Source: Monocercomonoides exilis PA203 (lineage: Eukaryota > Protista > Preaxostyla). Taken from it: a DNA stretch of 64,000 bases. The stretch is taken from positions 1,149,021 to 1,213,020 of the forward strand of contig LSRY02000029.1 in assembly GCA_001643675.2 (NCBI GenBank), in the 5' to 3' direction. Numbering within the stretch: the stretch's first letter is position 1; every line of letters starts with the position of its first letter. Shown here one piece after another: positions 14,201 through 27,000 of the stretch. Made by a program: the position numbers and the translations under genes. The notes under the pieces were generated by a model that was not told the DNA's origin, searched no databases, and saw only the letters and a list, made by a program, of their open reading frames with translations.

Positions 14201-14724
14201 AGATCTTCTGGGAAATCTGAAAAATCCAATGGATAAAGTGATGACTCCATAACAACGTAATAAAGACAAGCAAGTATTTCGTGCATTCCCTGCTGATAGC
14301 CTGTTTCTGGATTCTTTAAACTCCAAACAAGTAAAATACGACGAAGACAATCATGAACTTCAGGTCGCGTAAAAAAAGGAATATCGGTGAAAAGTCTATT
14401 TAAATCCTTTTTAATATTAGTCTCAACGTCTTGGTTTTTAAAGTACTTATTCCACGAAGAAACAGATGAATCACTCAAAGGATTTGAAATTTCTAAATCC
14501 TCAGTTTCTGCCTCATGCGGATCAATAAGAAATCCATCAATTAATTCTTGATATTGCCTACGCCATTCACGACTTTGCATTTTCCAATCAGGTCCTGGCC
14601 TTCCAGAAAAGCATCCAAGAAAAAATTTCCAACACAATGAACGTATTGGTGACTTTTCAAGACCGTATTTTATAGCATAAATGCGTGCTTTTATGGAAAA
14701 TTCTTCTCCCGCTGATCCAAGCAA
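11290..14724 (-). CDS. TBC1D5: TBC-domain RabGAP, TBC1D5-like; true start probably in a short exon just upstream (~14.8 kb)
   Basis: IRSLCWKFFLG, NPLS..SSWNKYF, IKKDLNR (R-finger), YQQGMHEIL (Q-finger), IEPQYFLMRWLRMLFAREF, followed by a long low-complexity tail. Confidence 0.8.
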   Translation of the reverse strand: MLGSAGEEFSIKARIYAIKYGLEKSPIRSLCWKFFLGCFSGRPGPDWKMQSREWRRQYQELIDGFLIDPHEAETEDLEISNPLSDSSVSSWNKYFKNQDVETNIKKDLNRLFTDIPFFTRPEVHDCLRRILLVWSLKNPETGYQQGMHEILACLYYVVMESSLYPLDFSDFPEDLTDEQRMMASVLVDALSKEYPEHDLFAMFDRIMGITSKWFYDTTKPPVEAEQIKQLSNVLGTGDLSADTLDSNGAAGNAKAVVKRTKTVHFSEIPYIVRYSRRVFVLLKAKDPALWEKINDFGIEPQYFLMRWLRMLFAREFELSEALRIWDAIFACNSDGSPFSDFSLIDYISVAMIKAVKSEICSTDTDENTCLSLLMHYPKTTRKDANTFIFQALTLKNNGSIPFDSVLYTTQVSDIPSLRHQKMSIKLERERMNEQEGRSPASMANAEDDEEQTVLVDSLAEDNKRKEGKEEKDSEEAYSDGEGDYDAELVQCSYSIVDDSADKGKKRSFRSRKKKSILPSFVVHSPASSQISQFYPYQSPSPSPFASPSPSPSPFYQKNMVAPFYPPHNLAKQVTSILIPENYKFSPIQKEILELSDKYLMNKLILNKELRSESQSTSCTTNNSCQIEEDKKDNENVYSTTESSSKIGSSAIPTSNQSLKDNSTGDSKFSVERSHDSQILDSLSNMNSTKNSSLSASSSNGSSFSSFQQTLSEPFQQKPEPPPPEMERLMPQQEVHPLANEDIARFPPIPPQSVGTETDMMHSANRNFVAERKATSSAGVVNISPAVLLASIRILEEKLTEERMIRFRAAEELKKVGRNLSSFKNDNENRDDRYNYAEKQCVHIMCESYKQIEKISSFLSSSKNSHNIEDSPFNMNCRDRSPQIFSDSVSDVIAPPNESLSTSEANENKGGAVSENESENETNSVERSIEESAKKEITHANKNSEFNLSKTQMEYSSSPTVISSLNAQTTPSCPLQGGISHSLFDITEANTRPTTIIEDDEFESIDVDICDDYDYSSVKEKKAEPEKRENIFAEQISEKKADDYSEKLNKRLSNSMENERNSDMFCVNCSTEKILLVDDETLLMELLNVSKCVHSSSSTDLSHLVGNQVLTELSSISTQSMEDQNFSEGNIKFSFKEVFKDLFVG

Positions 14725-15834
14725 AACACAAAATTCATTTCTAAATTATTAAAAAATTTAAAATTTCAACAATTACTTGTTAATTTTTTAAAAAGCCTTT
14801 TTCATACAAATCCATTTGTATTCCATGGATCATTTCACTTTGGCATGCCTCGAATAACTGTATGGAAAGCTAAAAAAATACAAAAAATTTCTTTATCATC
14901 CCTTATTTATATAATTTGTGATCTATTGAAGTATTGTTTGATAAATTATTTTGTAAATTCTCTATTATTTATTTATTTGTTTGTTCTAACTTCTGAAAAC
15001 ATATATACAAGCATAAAAAATTTCGATATTATTAAAATATTCGACAGAGAGAGTAAAAACGCATTAGAAAGGGTATTTTTTTTAGAAATAAATATATTTG
15101 ATTGATTTCAATATTTTTGATTCATTTTTTTCATTTCCGAAAGCCATTTCAATGTAATGACTCTTCTTTAAAACAATTTCTCTCTTCTCAATTTCAATTG
15201 CATTTCCAACTTTTTGAAACTGTTACATTGAAATTTTCTGAACAAATGATTTACTTAAATCAAAGAATAAAACTAGTTTTGCTAATTGAAAAAGGATCAA
15301 TGTTTATATATGTTTTTTGGCATATTGTTGAAAGGAGTTTCTTTTCAAGCATTCTGAGCCTTTCGGCCGAATGATGAAAACTTAAATTGTAAATAATTCT
15401 TGAAAAGAATGACCTTTTAACGAAAAGAAAATATCTCTTCAATTATAAGCCACAATCTGAGGAATAATTTTATTCAAGTACTTCGTAAGGTTGAAGGAAT
15501 TTCAAAAAATTTCACATTTTGGATAATTTGTGATATTTGTTTTTCATTGAAGTTCTGGGAGAACTGAAGTATCAAGAAGCTTGTGGAAAATAAGTGGAAC
15601 ATACATGTTGAAGTTGAACGAATTTGATGAATAGTATTTGCTGAAAAGAAGGAAGATGAAACGTACAGTGTAGCAAAATTGAAGGGAAAGATGAGTACAA
15701 AAATTCCTCACAGCAAGTTTCTTAAAAGGAAACTATAATAAAATAATCTTCTTCACAACAAATAAGAGAGATATGGAAAATTACAGAAGTGGATATCTGA
15801 TGAATTGGTTTTTGTAAGTGTGTGAATATTGTCT

Positions 15835-17315
15835 CTACTCGTTTGATCGTTGCTCCCGTTTTCTGCCGGAATCCCTTCCTCGACTGCTGCTGCGACTGTC
15901 GAGCCTCAAGTCGCGCCTGCTGTTTTGATCGTCGGAGCGAGAGCGGCTCCCGCTGCGGCTACGACTTCGACTGTTGCTCGACGGACTGCTGCTTGCGCTG
16001 CGGTGGCGACGATGTCTGCTTCCACTCCGATGTCTTCCATGTCGATGGGAATGATGATGATGGCGGCGATGACGGCTGGGGCTATCGCGATCACGTCGCA
16101 TGCTACCCATCGCAGACGAAGCTCCAGACCCTGCTCCCATCACCATATGCCCAGCCATCCCATGAAGTTGAGATGGATCAACATACTTGATCGTAAACTG
16201 CTGCTGCCCTCCAGGCCCGCTAACAGGTACAGCAAGCGGTATTCCCAACCCGCTGCTTTGCAACGAAAGAGCAGGAGTTGTGATCATCCCGTCTGCAAGA
16301 CCACCGGAAAGCGGAGTAGCAGATTGGAGAAGAGGTGCATGGGATGTGGAATAAGATGATTGTGATGATGAGGGATATGAATCACGTGAAATTGCACCCC
16401 TGTCTCTGTCAGATCTGTATGATCCTCTATCTCTTCTGTAATCATCTCTATCGCGATCTCTGTCCCGATCTCTATCTCTGTCTCTATCGCGGTCACGATC
16501 TCTTCCCCATTCACGATCCCGCCCCCTGTCTCTGTAGCCATCACGTGGACGCATCCCTGATCTTGTTGGAGAAGTTGAAAATTCGACAGTAAGTCGATTT
16601 CCTTCGAGCAATGTCTCGTGCATTTCCTTCTGTGCTTTGATTGCGTCATCCAAGTTTCGGAATTGTATTTTGCAGAAGCTGTTTATCATTTCAAAGTTTA
16701 TTATTTCTCCAAAAACTTCAAACGCTCTACGGATAGTTGATTGAGATGTATGAACAACGTCAAATCCTACAACAAATAAAGTGTCACGAGGTACGCTTAG
16801 TGCAACCTTTGCTCGCTCACTTTCTCTCCTGAAATAAATGAATTGAAAAATTTTATTCGTAAATGACAAAATAATTATTTCGAACCTTCTAATTTGCTGA
16901 TGAGATTTTGAAATTTCCACGTTTACGGGCTTCGTACCGGGACCTATTACGGTTTGTGATAATGCTGAAATTGCACCATCAACGTCTCCTAGAAGATCAA
17001 CAAAAGCATATCCATGTTTTAATTCTTTAAGAAAAAATGAAATAAACATAAATTTCCATTCGAATTACTCATGAACCAATTAAATATATTTAAGTGATGC
17101 ATGCCAACTCTTTTTACAGAACCAAAACGAGAAAAAGCATCTTCTAAGTGGTTTTTATAAATTGCAGGTTCAACGCCTCCAACAAAAAGTGTTACAGGTG
17201 TCTCTTCTTTTTTTTCTTCTTCTTCATCTAATGTTGGTTTGTCTTTTGCAGGAGAAGTCCATTCAGCTTGCTCTGGAGAAGATCTGTCAACACTGTTACT
17301 TCTTGATCGAGACAT
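15835..17315 (-). CDS. SR-like splicing factor with two RRMs, RD repeats and an RS tail; introns 17104-17025 and 16885-16829
   Basis: RNP2 TLFVGGV and RNP1 KHGYAFVD in RRM1; TLFVVGF..FCKIQF in RRM2; (RD)n and RSRSRS tracts. Confidence 0.85.
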
Positions 17316-17995
17316 AAATTCACGATTTATACTTAAATGATCATACAATTAAATAAAAAAATTTATTTTTGAGCTAGTTTTCAACTATTAAGCAGAAAGA
17401 TATTCACTATTTGAAATAAGTTTATTTTAATAAAACTTTAATCGATAATAACTACTGCAAAAAGCGGTAATGGAAGGTGAAAGGGTATTGAATTTGCTTA
17501 AATTTTTGTTCATATTTAAATGTGTTTTGGTGCAAATGAGTGAAGATTCAAAAGCGTATGATTAATTTTTAGTTTTCTTGTGATTGCATTTGTGAATCCT
17601 TAATTTTATAATCTGTAGTTGGAGATATACCAATATTTAAGTTTAACTCAAAGAGGAGCGGATTCGAAGAAACTTTGTCAAAGCTACATTTTGCAATTTT
17701 TAATTCACACAAAGATACAAAAGAGAATATCGCAGAACTATCTGATTGGAGGTTCATTTTTGAATCTGAAGTTGTTTGTTCTTTCTTTTTTTTGATAATC
17801 ATTTCTATAAGAATTAAAATGTTTTATATGCTCACCAACATTCATTAGGATGCACATAAAAGATTCGAATCATTAACGAACAGCGATTTAAGATTATGCC
17901 TCAAATTCTTGGGTCAATCAACATTTGGTTCAAAAGTTTGCCACTGATTTCAAATAATATTTCTTAAAACACAATATCAGTAGGATTTATTAATT

Positions 17996-19576
17996 ATGAA
18001 ACTTTTATCATTTTTTGAAGAATGTGCAAAAAACCCAAAAGAAATACCGTTACAATCAAGAACACTGAATTCGTATTCTCAGACTTTTGAATTGACAAAA
18101 CGAAATGAAGAGATGCCAAAAAAATCGCAAAACAATGAATTTAATTTGCCATTAAGTCGCTTAAATAAAGCAGGAAAAAGCAATTCTCAAAAGAAAGTAG
18201 ATAAAATAAGAAAAGGAAAAATGTTATTGCAACATGCCAATAGTATTCAAATGAAAGATGTTATCACAGAAAAGATTGAAAAGCAGAGTAAAGTATTTTC
18301 ATTTGATTCATCTGATGAGCTTGGCTCTGTGAGTTTTGGCTTTTGTTGCAGTGAAAGCGACAACGAAGACAACGAGCTATTTGATAATAAGATCGAAGAG
18401 AAAGTTTCTGAAGGACAAAAATCAAACTTTGGTGTGAAAAGGAAACAAAAGCTTTTGGAAAGTGATCAGAACTCGGACAAATCTTCAATTGAAATTTCTC
18501 CTCCCTCAAAAGTGTTAGGCGATGATTTTGAAAATCCAAAAATGGAAACAAACATACTGAATGATTCTTCAGAAATAACAGAAAGGATTGAACCAGAAAC
18601 AGTTGTGCGGCATCAAAGGCGACAATGCCATCCTTTGGACACAACACCCACGCTGTGGCCGCTACCATTTCATCTGTTTCGACGCGAACTGAGTGACAAA
18701 CTTCCATCGACGAAGGAACAAAAGGTATTGACGATATTAATCATATGGCAATGTTTCATATTTATTTTATCATTTGCTTAAAATACCTTCAAATTTCATC
18801 ATTAAAAATTCAATTTTCTTCTTTTTTTGATAACTTTTTAATTTTTCTTTCTATTTATCTTTCTTTCTTTTTGAAAGGGCATAAACACTTTGACAACAAC
18901 AGCTGGCGAGAAGTGGAGGAAACTGTCAGAAGATGAAAAAGGAGTGTATTACATTCGAGCGAGAGAGCGTGTGGAGAAGAATGGCGGAAGATGTCTTGAT
19001 AAATCGAGCAAACTGAAAGAAGAAGCAATGTCATCTGCATCGCCACGTGCCTCTTCCAGGTCTTCGATGAGATCGAGATTCAAAAGAAAAGAGCAGCCAG
19101 AGCTGAGCTTTGTGAAGAAGCTGACAAGACCAAGCAGAACGAAAACGGCAGCAACGCATCAATCTCGCGAGCTTGTGCACAACTACGGCACACGAAAGAA
19201 TTCGACAGCGAGGCTTGGCGAAGGGAAGAAGACAGCACTGCCACTTCTTGAAAGCGGGAGAAGCAGCAATACAACAAAAGCTGAAGAGAAAGAAGAAGAA
19301 GATGACGATGATGATGATTTCGACTTGTCTTTTCTGACTGATTCGTCGGACGAAAGCAACGAAGCGGATGAAGACAGCCATTTTGTTGAGGTTCTTGGCT
19401 CGAAGCCGAAATGCGTGTCGTCTCCATCGCAGCTCCCGTTGCAGGCTGCAGTTCCACTCTTTTCGCAGCCGTCTCCTTCTGTGATAATCGAAGACACAGA
19501 CACATTGCAAAATATTCTTCGGCCTTCTGATGATGCAATCATGTATCAGTTGCAACTTATATTACAAAATGTATGA
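17996..19576 (+). CDS. HMG-box protein, intron ~18725-18877
   Basis: Spliced HMG box LWPLPFHLFRRE..K / GINTLTTTAGEKWRKLSEDEKGVYYIRA; start codon uncertain. Confidence 0.75.
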
Positions 19577-20483
19577 AATCTGAACTTTTAATAAATCTGC
19601 TTTTGGTTTTGCTTTTGCTTTGTTTACTATCTTGTTTGTTTATATTCAAAAATTATTTATTGTTTACAATACTTTTTTATATGATCAGTGCAAGGATGGC
19701 TGCAATGTATCGCTGCTAGAGTTGAGAAAGAAATTGGAGCATACGTTTTCATTTTCTTTTAAGAGTTACTCAAGTTTGATAAAGCAATTAATTATTAAAG
19801 TTACTGATTCAATGGAATTGACTGAAAGTGCATATGGACAGTTTTGTGTTACATAGTGTTGAACTTTTAATGTTTTATTATGCATAAGGAATTTTTTTTC
19901 ACATATTATTTTTGATATTTTTTTGCAAAAAATGAAAAAATCCAAAAATAGAAAACAAAAATTTTATTTGGTTGCGATCAGTTTTTTTTTTTTCTTCTTC
20001 AAGCATGCTAAATGTTACACAGACGTTAAGTGTGATTTGAATTTTATTACTATATTTTTATCTTCAAAAAATTGGTTTTTAAGATGATCTGCCTGATGAA
20101 CTCATCAAATTGTATGAATTGTTTAAAATATGATATTTCTTTTTTTTGAAATACATTTATCATTACCGTTGTCTTTTTATTAAAGGATATTTTCAAAATG
20201 TGATTTGGAAACATTTATCGTCTTGCAGCAAGTTAATAGGAGATTTAGGAAGATTGGTTCAGTGGATAGGTTTGTTTTGATAAATTCTATTTTTAGGTTT
20301 TTTAAAAAAATGATTGATTCAAAAGCTTTTGGAAAAAGCATGCACTTACAGAAATTCCTCGATACCGTGCTGTGTTAAAAATTAATTTAAATACTTTCTC
20401 TTCTTTGATGGATTTTGATGAAGACTTTTCGAGAGCTACGTATTTTGGGCTGAGTCCCGCAGGATGGAAGGCTTCTGTAATGT

Positions 20484-21452
20484 TTGCTTTATAATGTATT
20501 GCTTGTTTTATTAATATTAAAATATAGGGCACATTTAAAAGCTCTTTCAACTCCGGCGACTTTGAATGTTCCAACAACTACTCCTTCCCAAAAAAAAGCC
20601 CATAGAAGGATGAATATTGCAGGAATATTTTTGTTCATAACAATATTACTAACAATTTTAAGTGGAGTAATATTATGTTTTGCGGCTGAGTATCAATCGC
20701 TGCCAGATAAACAACAGCCAATCATTTTTACATTCACGTCATCCGCACTTTTTATAACTGTTGCGCTTGTGACAGCATCAGTTGGAATATATTTAATGAA
20801 GAAGGAGTGCATTTACTTCTGTTTAATGATAATTCCGTTGGTTTTAATATTTCCTGCTCTTCGATTGGATGGAGTTTTTGGAGCATCATTTGCATACCCA
20901 TTGATCGGGATAAGTTTATGTTGGATTGCCTTGGCGTCCTTTGTGATATTTTTGTTTTTTGATGCAATGCAAGGCGAATATCTTTCTTTTCGATTGCTCT
21001 CCCCGTTGGCTTTCTTATGCCTTTTAGCTTCATATATCTTAGTCATCATCAGATTTGACCATGGGATAGAGATTTCATGGACTTATTGCTTTATTCCATT
21101 TTATGTGGGGCTATTTCTAATAGTTTTGGTCGTAACATTTCTAGAAGATATTCCGAGGATAATGTTTAAAACTTTTATTTCATTAATGTTGATTTATTGT
21201 TTTGTAACGTCCCAACTCGTTTTATTGCCTCTTCGCTTTGACAATTTTATCAAATGGAGCTACTTCTTTGTGTTTTTCCCTTTTTTGCTAGCATTACTTT
21301 GCGGAGGTATTTTCTTTGCTGTTAGCATTTACGATTGGATCAAATATACAAAATCAACTGTGGGATTATATCGCTCATCCTGTGCAAGTTCTTCTATATC
21401 AATAAAAAATGCAGATCTTTTAAGAAAGTGCCTTCAAGAGTTTAACTTATAA
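20484..21452 (+). CDS. Polytopic membrane protein, TMEM185/TMEM60/TMEM203-like; upstream exons possible
   Basis: Repeated TM hairpins with LRLDG/IRFDH..ISWTYCFIPF/LRFDNFIKWSYFFVFFPF motifs. Confidence 0.7.
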   Translation: MLYNVLLVLLILKYRAHLKALSTPATLNVPTTTPSQKKAHRRMNIAGIFLFITILLTILSGVILCFAAEYQSLPDKQQPIIFTFTSSALFITVALVTASVGIYLMKKECIYFCLMIIPLVLIFPALRLDGVFGASFAYPLIGISLCWIALASFVIFLFFDAMQGEYLSFRLLSPLAFLCLLASYILVIIRFDHGIEISWTYCFIPFYVGLFLIVLVVTFLEDIPRIMFKTFISLMLIYCFVTSQLVLLPLRFDNFIKWSYFFVFFPFLLALLCGGIFFAVSIYDWIKYTKSTVGLYRSSCASSSISIKNADLLRKCLQEFNL

Positions 21453-21759
21453 ATTGATGAAACATACATCAAATTTACATTAGGTTATATTATGCATCTT
21501 TTTTGTGAAACAATTTTCGCAGCTTTTTTAATATTCAAAATGAAAGTTTGGAGAATTGCTCACTTCACATTTTTTCTTGTTTTATGAAAAAATTTTTTTA
21601 TTTTTTTTTTAGTTTTATTTTTCGTTTGTAAATTTTTTCTTTTTTGCTTTTGAAATCTTGCAACAAGATTTTTGATTCAACTATTAATTCCAAAAAATAC
21701 ACCAAAAATATTTCAAAACAAGTATTTTCACAATCAATTCTAAAATTTCAGAATATAAT

Positions 21760-23561
21760 ATGGTATGATCAAAGTACTTCACTTTTTCACTTCGCATTTA
21801 ATAAGAGGTTTACAAAAACAGATTGATTTTTTTATTTAAGCGCACTTATTTTATTAACATTTCCATAGATATTATCTGTAAATGAGTTGCTTTGGAAATA
21901 GATTGTCTGGAATTCTGAATGAAGAACATTTATCTCAAATGTCTTGTTCAGTTGCAATTTTTATAAGTCAACTTGAAACAGATGGATTTGAAGTTGAAGG
22001 AAGTTTGACCGAAATGATTATTCACATGTTTAACTTTAAACTCATTTTATCAATTTTTCCGCTTTTGACCAATTCAGAAGATATTAAGGAAGAATCCGCA
22101 GATTTAATGTTTGAATTTTGGTGATAATAGCTTTCAATAAATCTAACTCAAAAATTAGGTTAGGACATAAACTTATAAAACCAAACTTATTATCAATGAA
22201 ATTTGTAAAAGTTGGGAAGAAGTTGTGGATTCATTCTATTCTTCTTGATGAATCTAAAAAAGAAACAAGCGATTTAGCTCCAGTCGAGTTTCTGTATGTA
22301 ATCATTAAATTCATTGCAATTATCAACTTTTAAGAAATTGATGTGAAAATTCACCAGGATAGAAAAGTATTGTTCTCCTGAAAAAATTGAATTGTTAAAA
22401 GCCAGCACTCATCCATTGAAAGAAAATGATGTCTCCAAATTATTTGGTGCAAATCAGACTGAGATTAGAGATTCAATACAATCTATTCGATCAAATATTC
22501 AAGCATCAATTTCAAGAAAAGTGATTCCGTGCTTTGATGACTATTTAAATCAAATGTATCACAGCTCTTCTTCAAGCGACAAAGAAAAAGCATCTTGTGA
22601 CGTGTGTGGTGGATCATTTGCGGAGTCATCTCCACAATCCGATTTTGAAAAGACTCATTCTTCAGCAACACCTTCTTCCTCTTCAACATCAATGGCATTA
22701 CCAAAGCCTATTTCACCAGAAACTCCTCAATCAAGCTCAGCCACTCCATCTTCAGTTGGTAGTGCTGAAGACGATAAGATTGATCCAAAAGACTTTTCCG
22801 TGATTAATCCATTCAGGCACTTTCCACCTTCAACACAGCGTCTGATCGTACCTCCGCGTATTGGCGATCCGCGAGGGATCAGGTTTGGTGATGATGACAG
22901 ACTTCCTGGTATGTCCTATTGCTATCTAATGTGGCAGCTGCTTTTCTTTTGATGAAAAATAATTGAAAACTGTTTTTTTAAAATTAAATGAACATTATTT
23001 TGAAAAGGATTGATATGAAGAGAAGAATGAATTTTTTGTGAGAGTAATTATCTTTTTTTCATGCATGCTCTATCACACCATTTTCTTTGTATAAATGTTC
23101 GTTTGCGTGCATTTAACTTGCTTTTGTTATTTGACTATGTGTCTTAACATACAATAGGAATGATTGGACCCGAACTTGGAAGAGGCGGAGGAGGTAATTT
23201 GCTTGGCCCGAATCATCCGATGTTTTTTGGGGGCGATGACTCCACTCGATTTGGATCAGATTATAAGGATGAGTCAAGACCTGCTCCGTATGAAACGCTT
23301 CATTCTTTTTGAAAGAAAACTAACCAAACTTTATTTTATTTTATTTTTATCTTTTCTTTTTCTTTTTTTTATTTTCTTGTTTTGCTTGAAATCTGTGATT
23401 GATGCATTCCTTCAATGTTCAGTGGCTCTATTCCACCAGGAGCTCGCTATGATCCTCCATATCCAGAATTTGGCAGACATGGTTTGGGAAGTAATCCACG
23501 GAACTTGCATCCAGATCTTGAGCACTTTCCAGGAGGCGGAAGCAGAGATTTCTTCATGTAA
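21760..23561 (+). CDS. PSMF1: Proteasome inhibitor PI31-like, multi-exon; start approximate
   Basis: C-terminal PI31 motifs in successive exons: IGDPRGIRFGDDDRLPG, GGGGNLLGPNHPMF, IPPGARYDPPYP, PDLEHFP; stop TAA at 23559-23561. Confidence 0.75.
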
Positions 23562-24052
23562 CTTTTATTTTTGTGATATTTGACGTTTGCTTTATCAGCA
23601 TTTGTGGTTCAGTTTTTCTGATTATTTTTTGCTTTCTTTACTTATTGAGAATTAAAAGAAATACTGAAAAAATATTGCTTTTTTCAAAATAACATATGCC
23701 AATTTGTGATAGTCGAGTAACATGATAACATAAGAGGGGGAAAAAATGTAATGAATCATAAGTGAGTGTTTAACAAATAAATCAAATTGAACTGAAGTGA
23801 ACATACATAATAATATTGTCTGAAGAAAAACTTTAAGACACTTGTTTGCGACAGCGAAAAAAAACAGTTGATAAACTTTCAAACAATACATACAAAACGT
23901 AAATTAATACGCTCCAAAACTCAAACAAAATAGGAAGGAAAGGAATTGCCTTTGGTGCATAGCAATGAATAATTTGCGTAAAAAAATGATAAATTATTAA
24001 TTGAAAGCAAATAAAACATATGTAAGTGTTCGTCACAACATAAATATTTCAA

Positions 24053-27000
24053 TCAAAGAGACATAAGGTCGTTTTCAGAAATCGGAGCAAAATCTTCTTG
24101 TGCCATTGAGCAACTTGCTTTGTTATCATCCGTCATAATCAACGAATCAGTGAAAAATTTGAAGGAGCTTATCTGATCAGGATCGGGAGATTGAGGAATT
24201 TCTGTGTCGAGAAAATGTTCAGAGCAAGGCGTCGAAGGATTAATGTCATCGTCAATCTGGCTTGTGATGTTTGCGCGATCGCTTTCTGCTTCCTTCTCAT
24301 TCATTTCACATTCCTTTATTTGAATAACAAACGATGGCTGTTTTATGCTTAGATCTTCAAACTCTTCCATTTCTGTCTGATCATCTTTTTTTGATGCATC
24401 CTTTTCCAATTCCTTTGCTTTGCCATCAGCAGGTGATGGATCAATCTCTCTCTGAGCTGTCTGCATCATCCTCCGTTTCACCACACACACAACAACAACA
24501 AGCACAGCAAGAATTACAATCACCGGGATGACTGCAGAGATGACGATGATTGTTGTCAGCTTCGGATTAGAAAGAGGATCCGTGCTGTTTGCTGTGATAC
24601 CTTTCGTCAAGTTATTTGGATCAGAAGAATCAGGATTTGGATTTGGTGAAGGATCATCCGCAGAACCGCCTTGATCAGGCAATAAAGAGCGCTTTTTAAC
24701 AACACAAGGAAACTCGGTGATGGCACCAGACGCCTGCCATGAATAAATGAGGCTGACTTCCACTTGCTTATTGTCTGAGACGGAGGAAATCTGAGCTTGT
24801 GGAACATTCACAACAACGATTGATTCATTCACATGCTGCAAAGATGATGACGCAAGCTGTGTCAGCTCTTCTCCATCATCTCCGGTTATCACAATGTAGA
24901 TATGCAAAGAACAATCCAGCAGCAGCTTTCCATTAAAAGTGACTTCAATTGTATCTCCTATTGTCTTGTAACTAGAGGATGAGACAGATGGCACAAAATA
25001 TGAAAGTAAATAAGAATTCTGAAGTGCATCTTTCTGATACACTCCATCTGGTAATCCATTTCCAGTGACAGAGCAAGTGTCACAATTAATCCACAATGAA
25101 GGATATGCCGCATCGAGTCCATCCCCACCTGCGATGCTATTAACAACTATCTGCCCATTTCCTGTGCAGATAATGTTCCTCCGCGCAGAGGGATAATCTA
25201 TAATTACCGGATTGTTGTCTCTAAACATCCAACTGTTCACAGTTAAGATTCCTCCTTTGACTTTGATTGCTCCTCTCGAATGGCCAATGAATGGAGTGTT
25301 AGTGAGCTCAACGTTGCTGTCCGTTAAATATGCAAAGGCCGAGTTCCAGCTGCAAACAACTCCATTCTCCTCTACATTTGCTTCGATTCCATTGTTGTCT
25401 TTAAGTCTCAGTGCAAATGCATCTTTCCTGAATACATTGGACTGAGCAGCGACAAGCGACTGTTCTCCATTGAAGCTGCAGCTTGAGATAGCAACTGAAG
25501 AACAATTGTTTATCGTTATTGCATATGCCGTTGAAGCTGGGGAGATCACACCTGAATCTGCAATGCAATTGGTGATAGATGTTGTTGATAAGTCTTTAAA
25601 GAAACCAAAAGATTTCAGTGCCAGCGACTGAACATGTATATCGCTGAGTTCAATAGAACCAGAATTCAAATAAAAAATTGTGTAAAATGAAGACGGTATA
25701 TTCAGAGTGTCGTTGCTTCTGAAAATAGAAGAAGATATCGTCAGAGAGCCTCCAGATGAATAGAAAAGTGCTGCTGAATTAAGTGAAAATGTAGGCGAAA
25801 ATACAAAATTGACTTTATCCAAATTGACGCTTGAATCGAAAATAAAAGCATTCTTGTTTACGAATTGAGTTGAAACTAACACATCGCAGCTGATGCTGTT
25901 AGCAGGGCTAATGCTGACTTTGACATTGTTGATTTGTATTTGACTTCCATAAGAAACAACCTCGTCCACTTTCAAGACAGCAGTCGTTGAGCCAGCAGGC
26001 AGATCATCAAATGGGATGCAATGACGAATAGCTTCTGATAAAGAGGCGCAAGGAATATCCTCTCCACCACAATATCCGTAGTTGTTGCTGTAGACCCCGC
26101 TTTTTGTGGTTGCGAACACAGTGGAACCTCTTTTGATGAAGAGAATAGGAACAAGATCTTCAGGATTCCCTGGATTTGATATCTCGTCATACATAATGGA
26201 GTTAGTTATATCATACGATGGAGATGAAAAATCGATATAAATTAAATCTGACAGATTGTAGTTCTGAAGGCAAAGCAATGAAATAAACATATCTTTCCCG
26301 CAGTTTGCTGCATTTCCATTGAAAGAAACGTCCTTCACAGAGAAAGAGCTGTCAAACGAGGCTGGGCACGGACTGCCTGCTGCTTGCCCTAGCGTCGCAT
26401 CAATGTACATCGACCCGCCCCTCCCGTTTGATCCACCAGCCAAACATCGAGTGAATGAGCAGTTTGAAATGGTGGTTTTCGTAGACGAGGTTGTGATAAA
26501 CATTAGACATCCACCCATTTGTCCAGAATTGGTGGTGCAGCTTGTGAAAGTGCTGTTTGTGATTGAAGAATCTACAGGCAAAGTTGCAACATCAACAGCT
26601 TCGAAATACAGCAAAGAAGACATCGGAGTGCTTGGCAGAACTTCGACCGAACTGAAAACGCAGCTATCAAATTGAAATGTTCCACATGCGTTTGGCTCTG
26701 CGCTGCTTGATGCACCTGAATATATGATGATTGGACTGTACTTGTATGCTGCATTCAGCGTGGTGTACCGAATTGACAAAAAGCCTCCATTCCACTGGAA
26801 CAACGGGAGAGACGGATCGTTCACTTCATTTTCATCGAGTTCAATGCTTATCTGATCAAGTGACATCGCACCTGCGCGTTGTGATCCGGTGACCGATAGA
26901 AGAAACACTGTCAAGAAATATGTCTGTGTTAAAAATGCTTTCAGCTTAAAGCGTGAAAGCAGAAGCGATCCATTTGTCACTGTGAAGAACCCTTCGGTGT

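Noticed and set aside
14740-14830. TBC1D5-like gene as a pseudogene because the putative first exon contains a stop
   Set aside because: The stop follows T5/A6 homopolymers prone to indel error, and the 1144-aa frame is intact.
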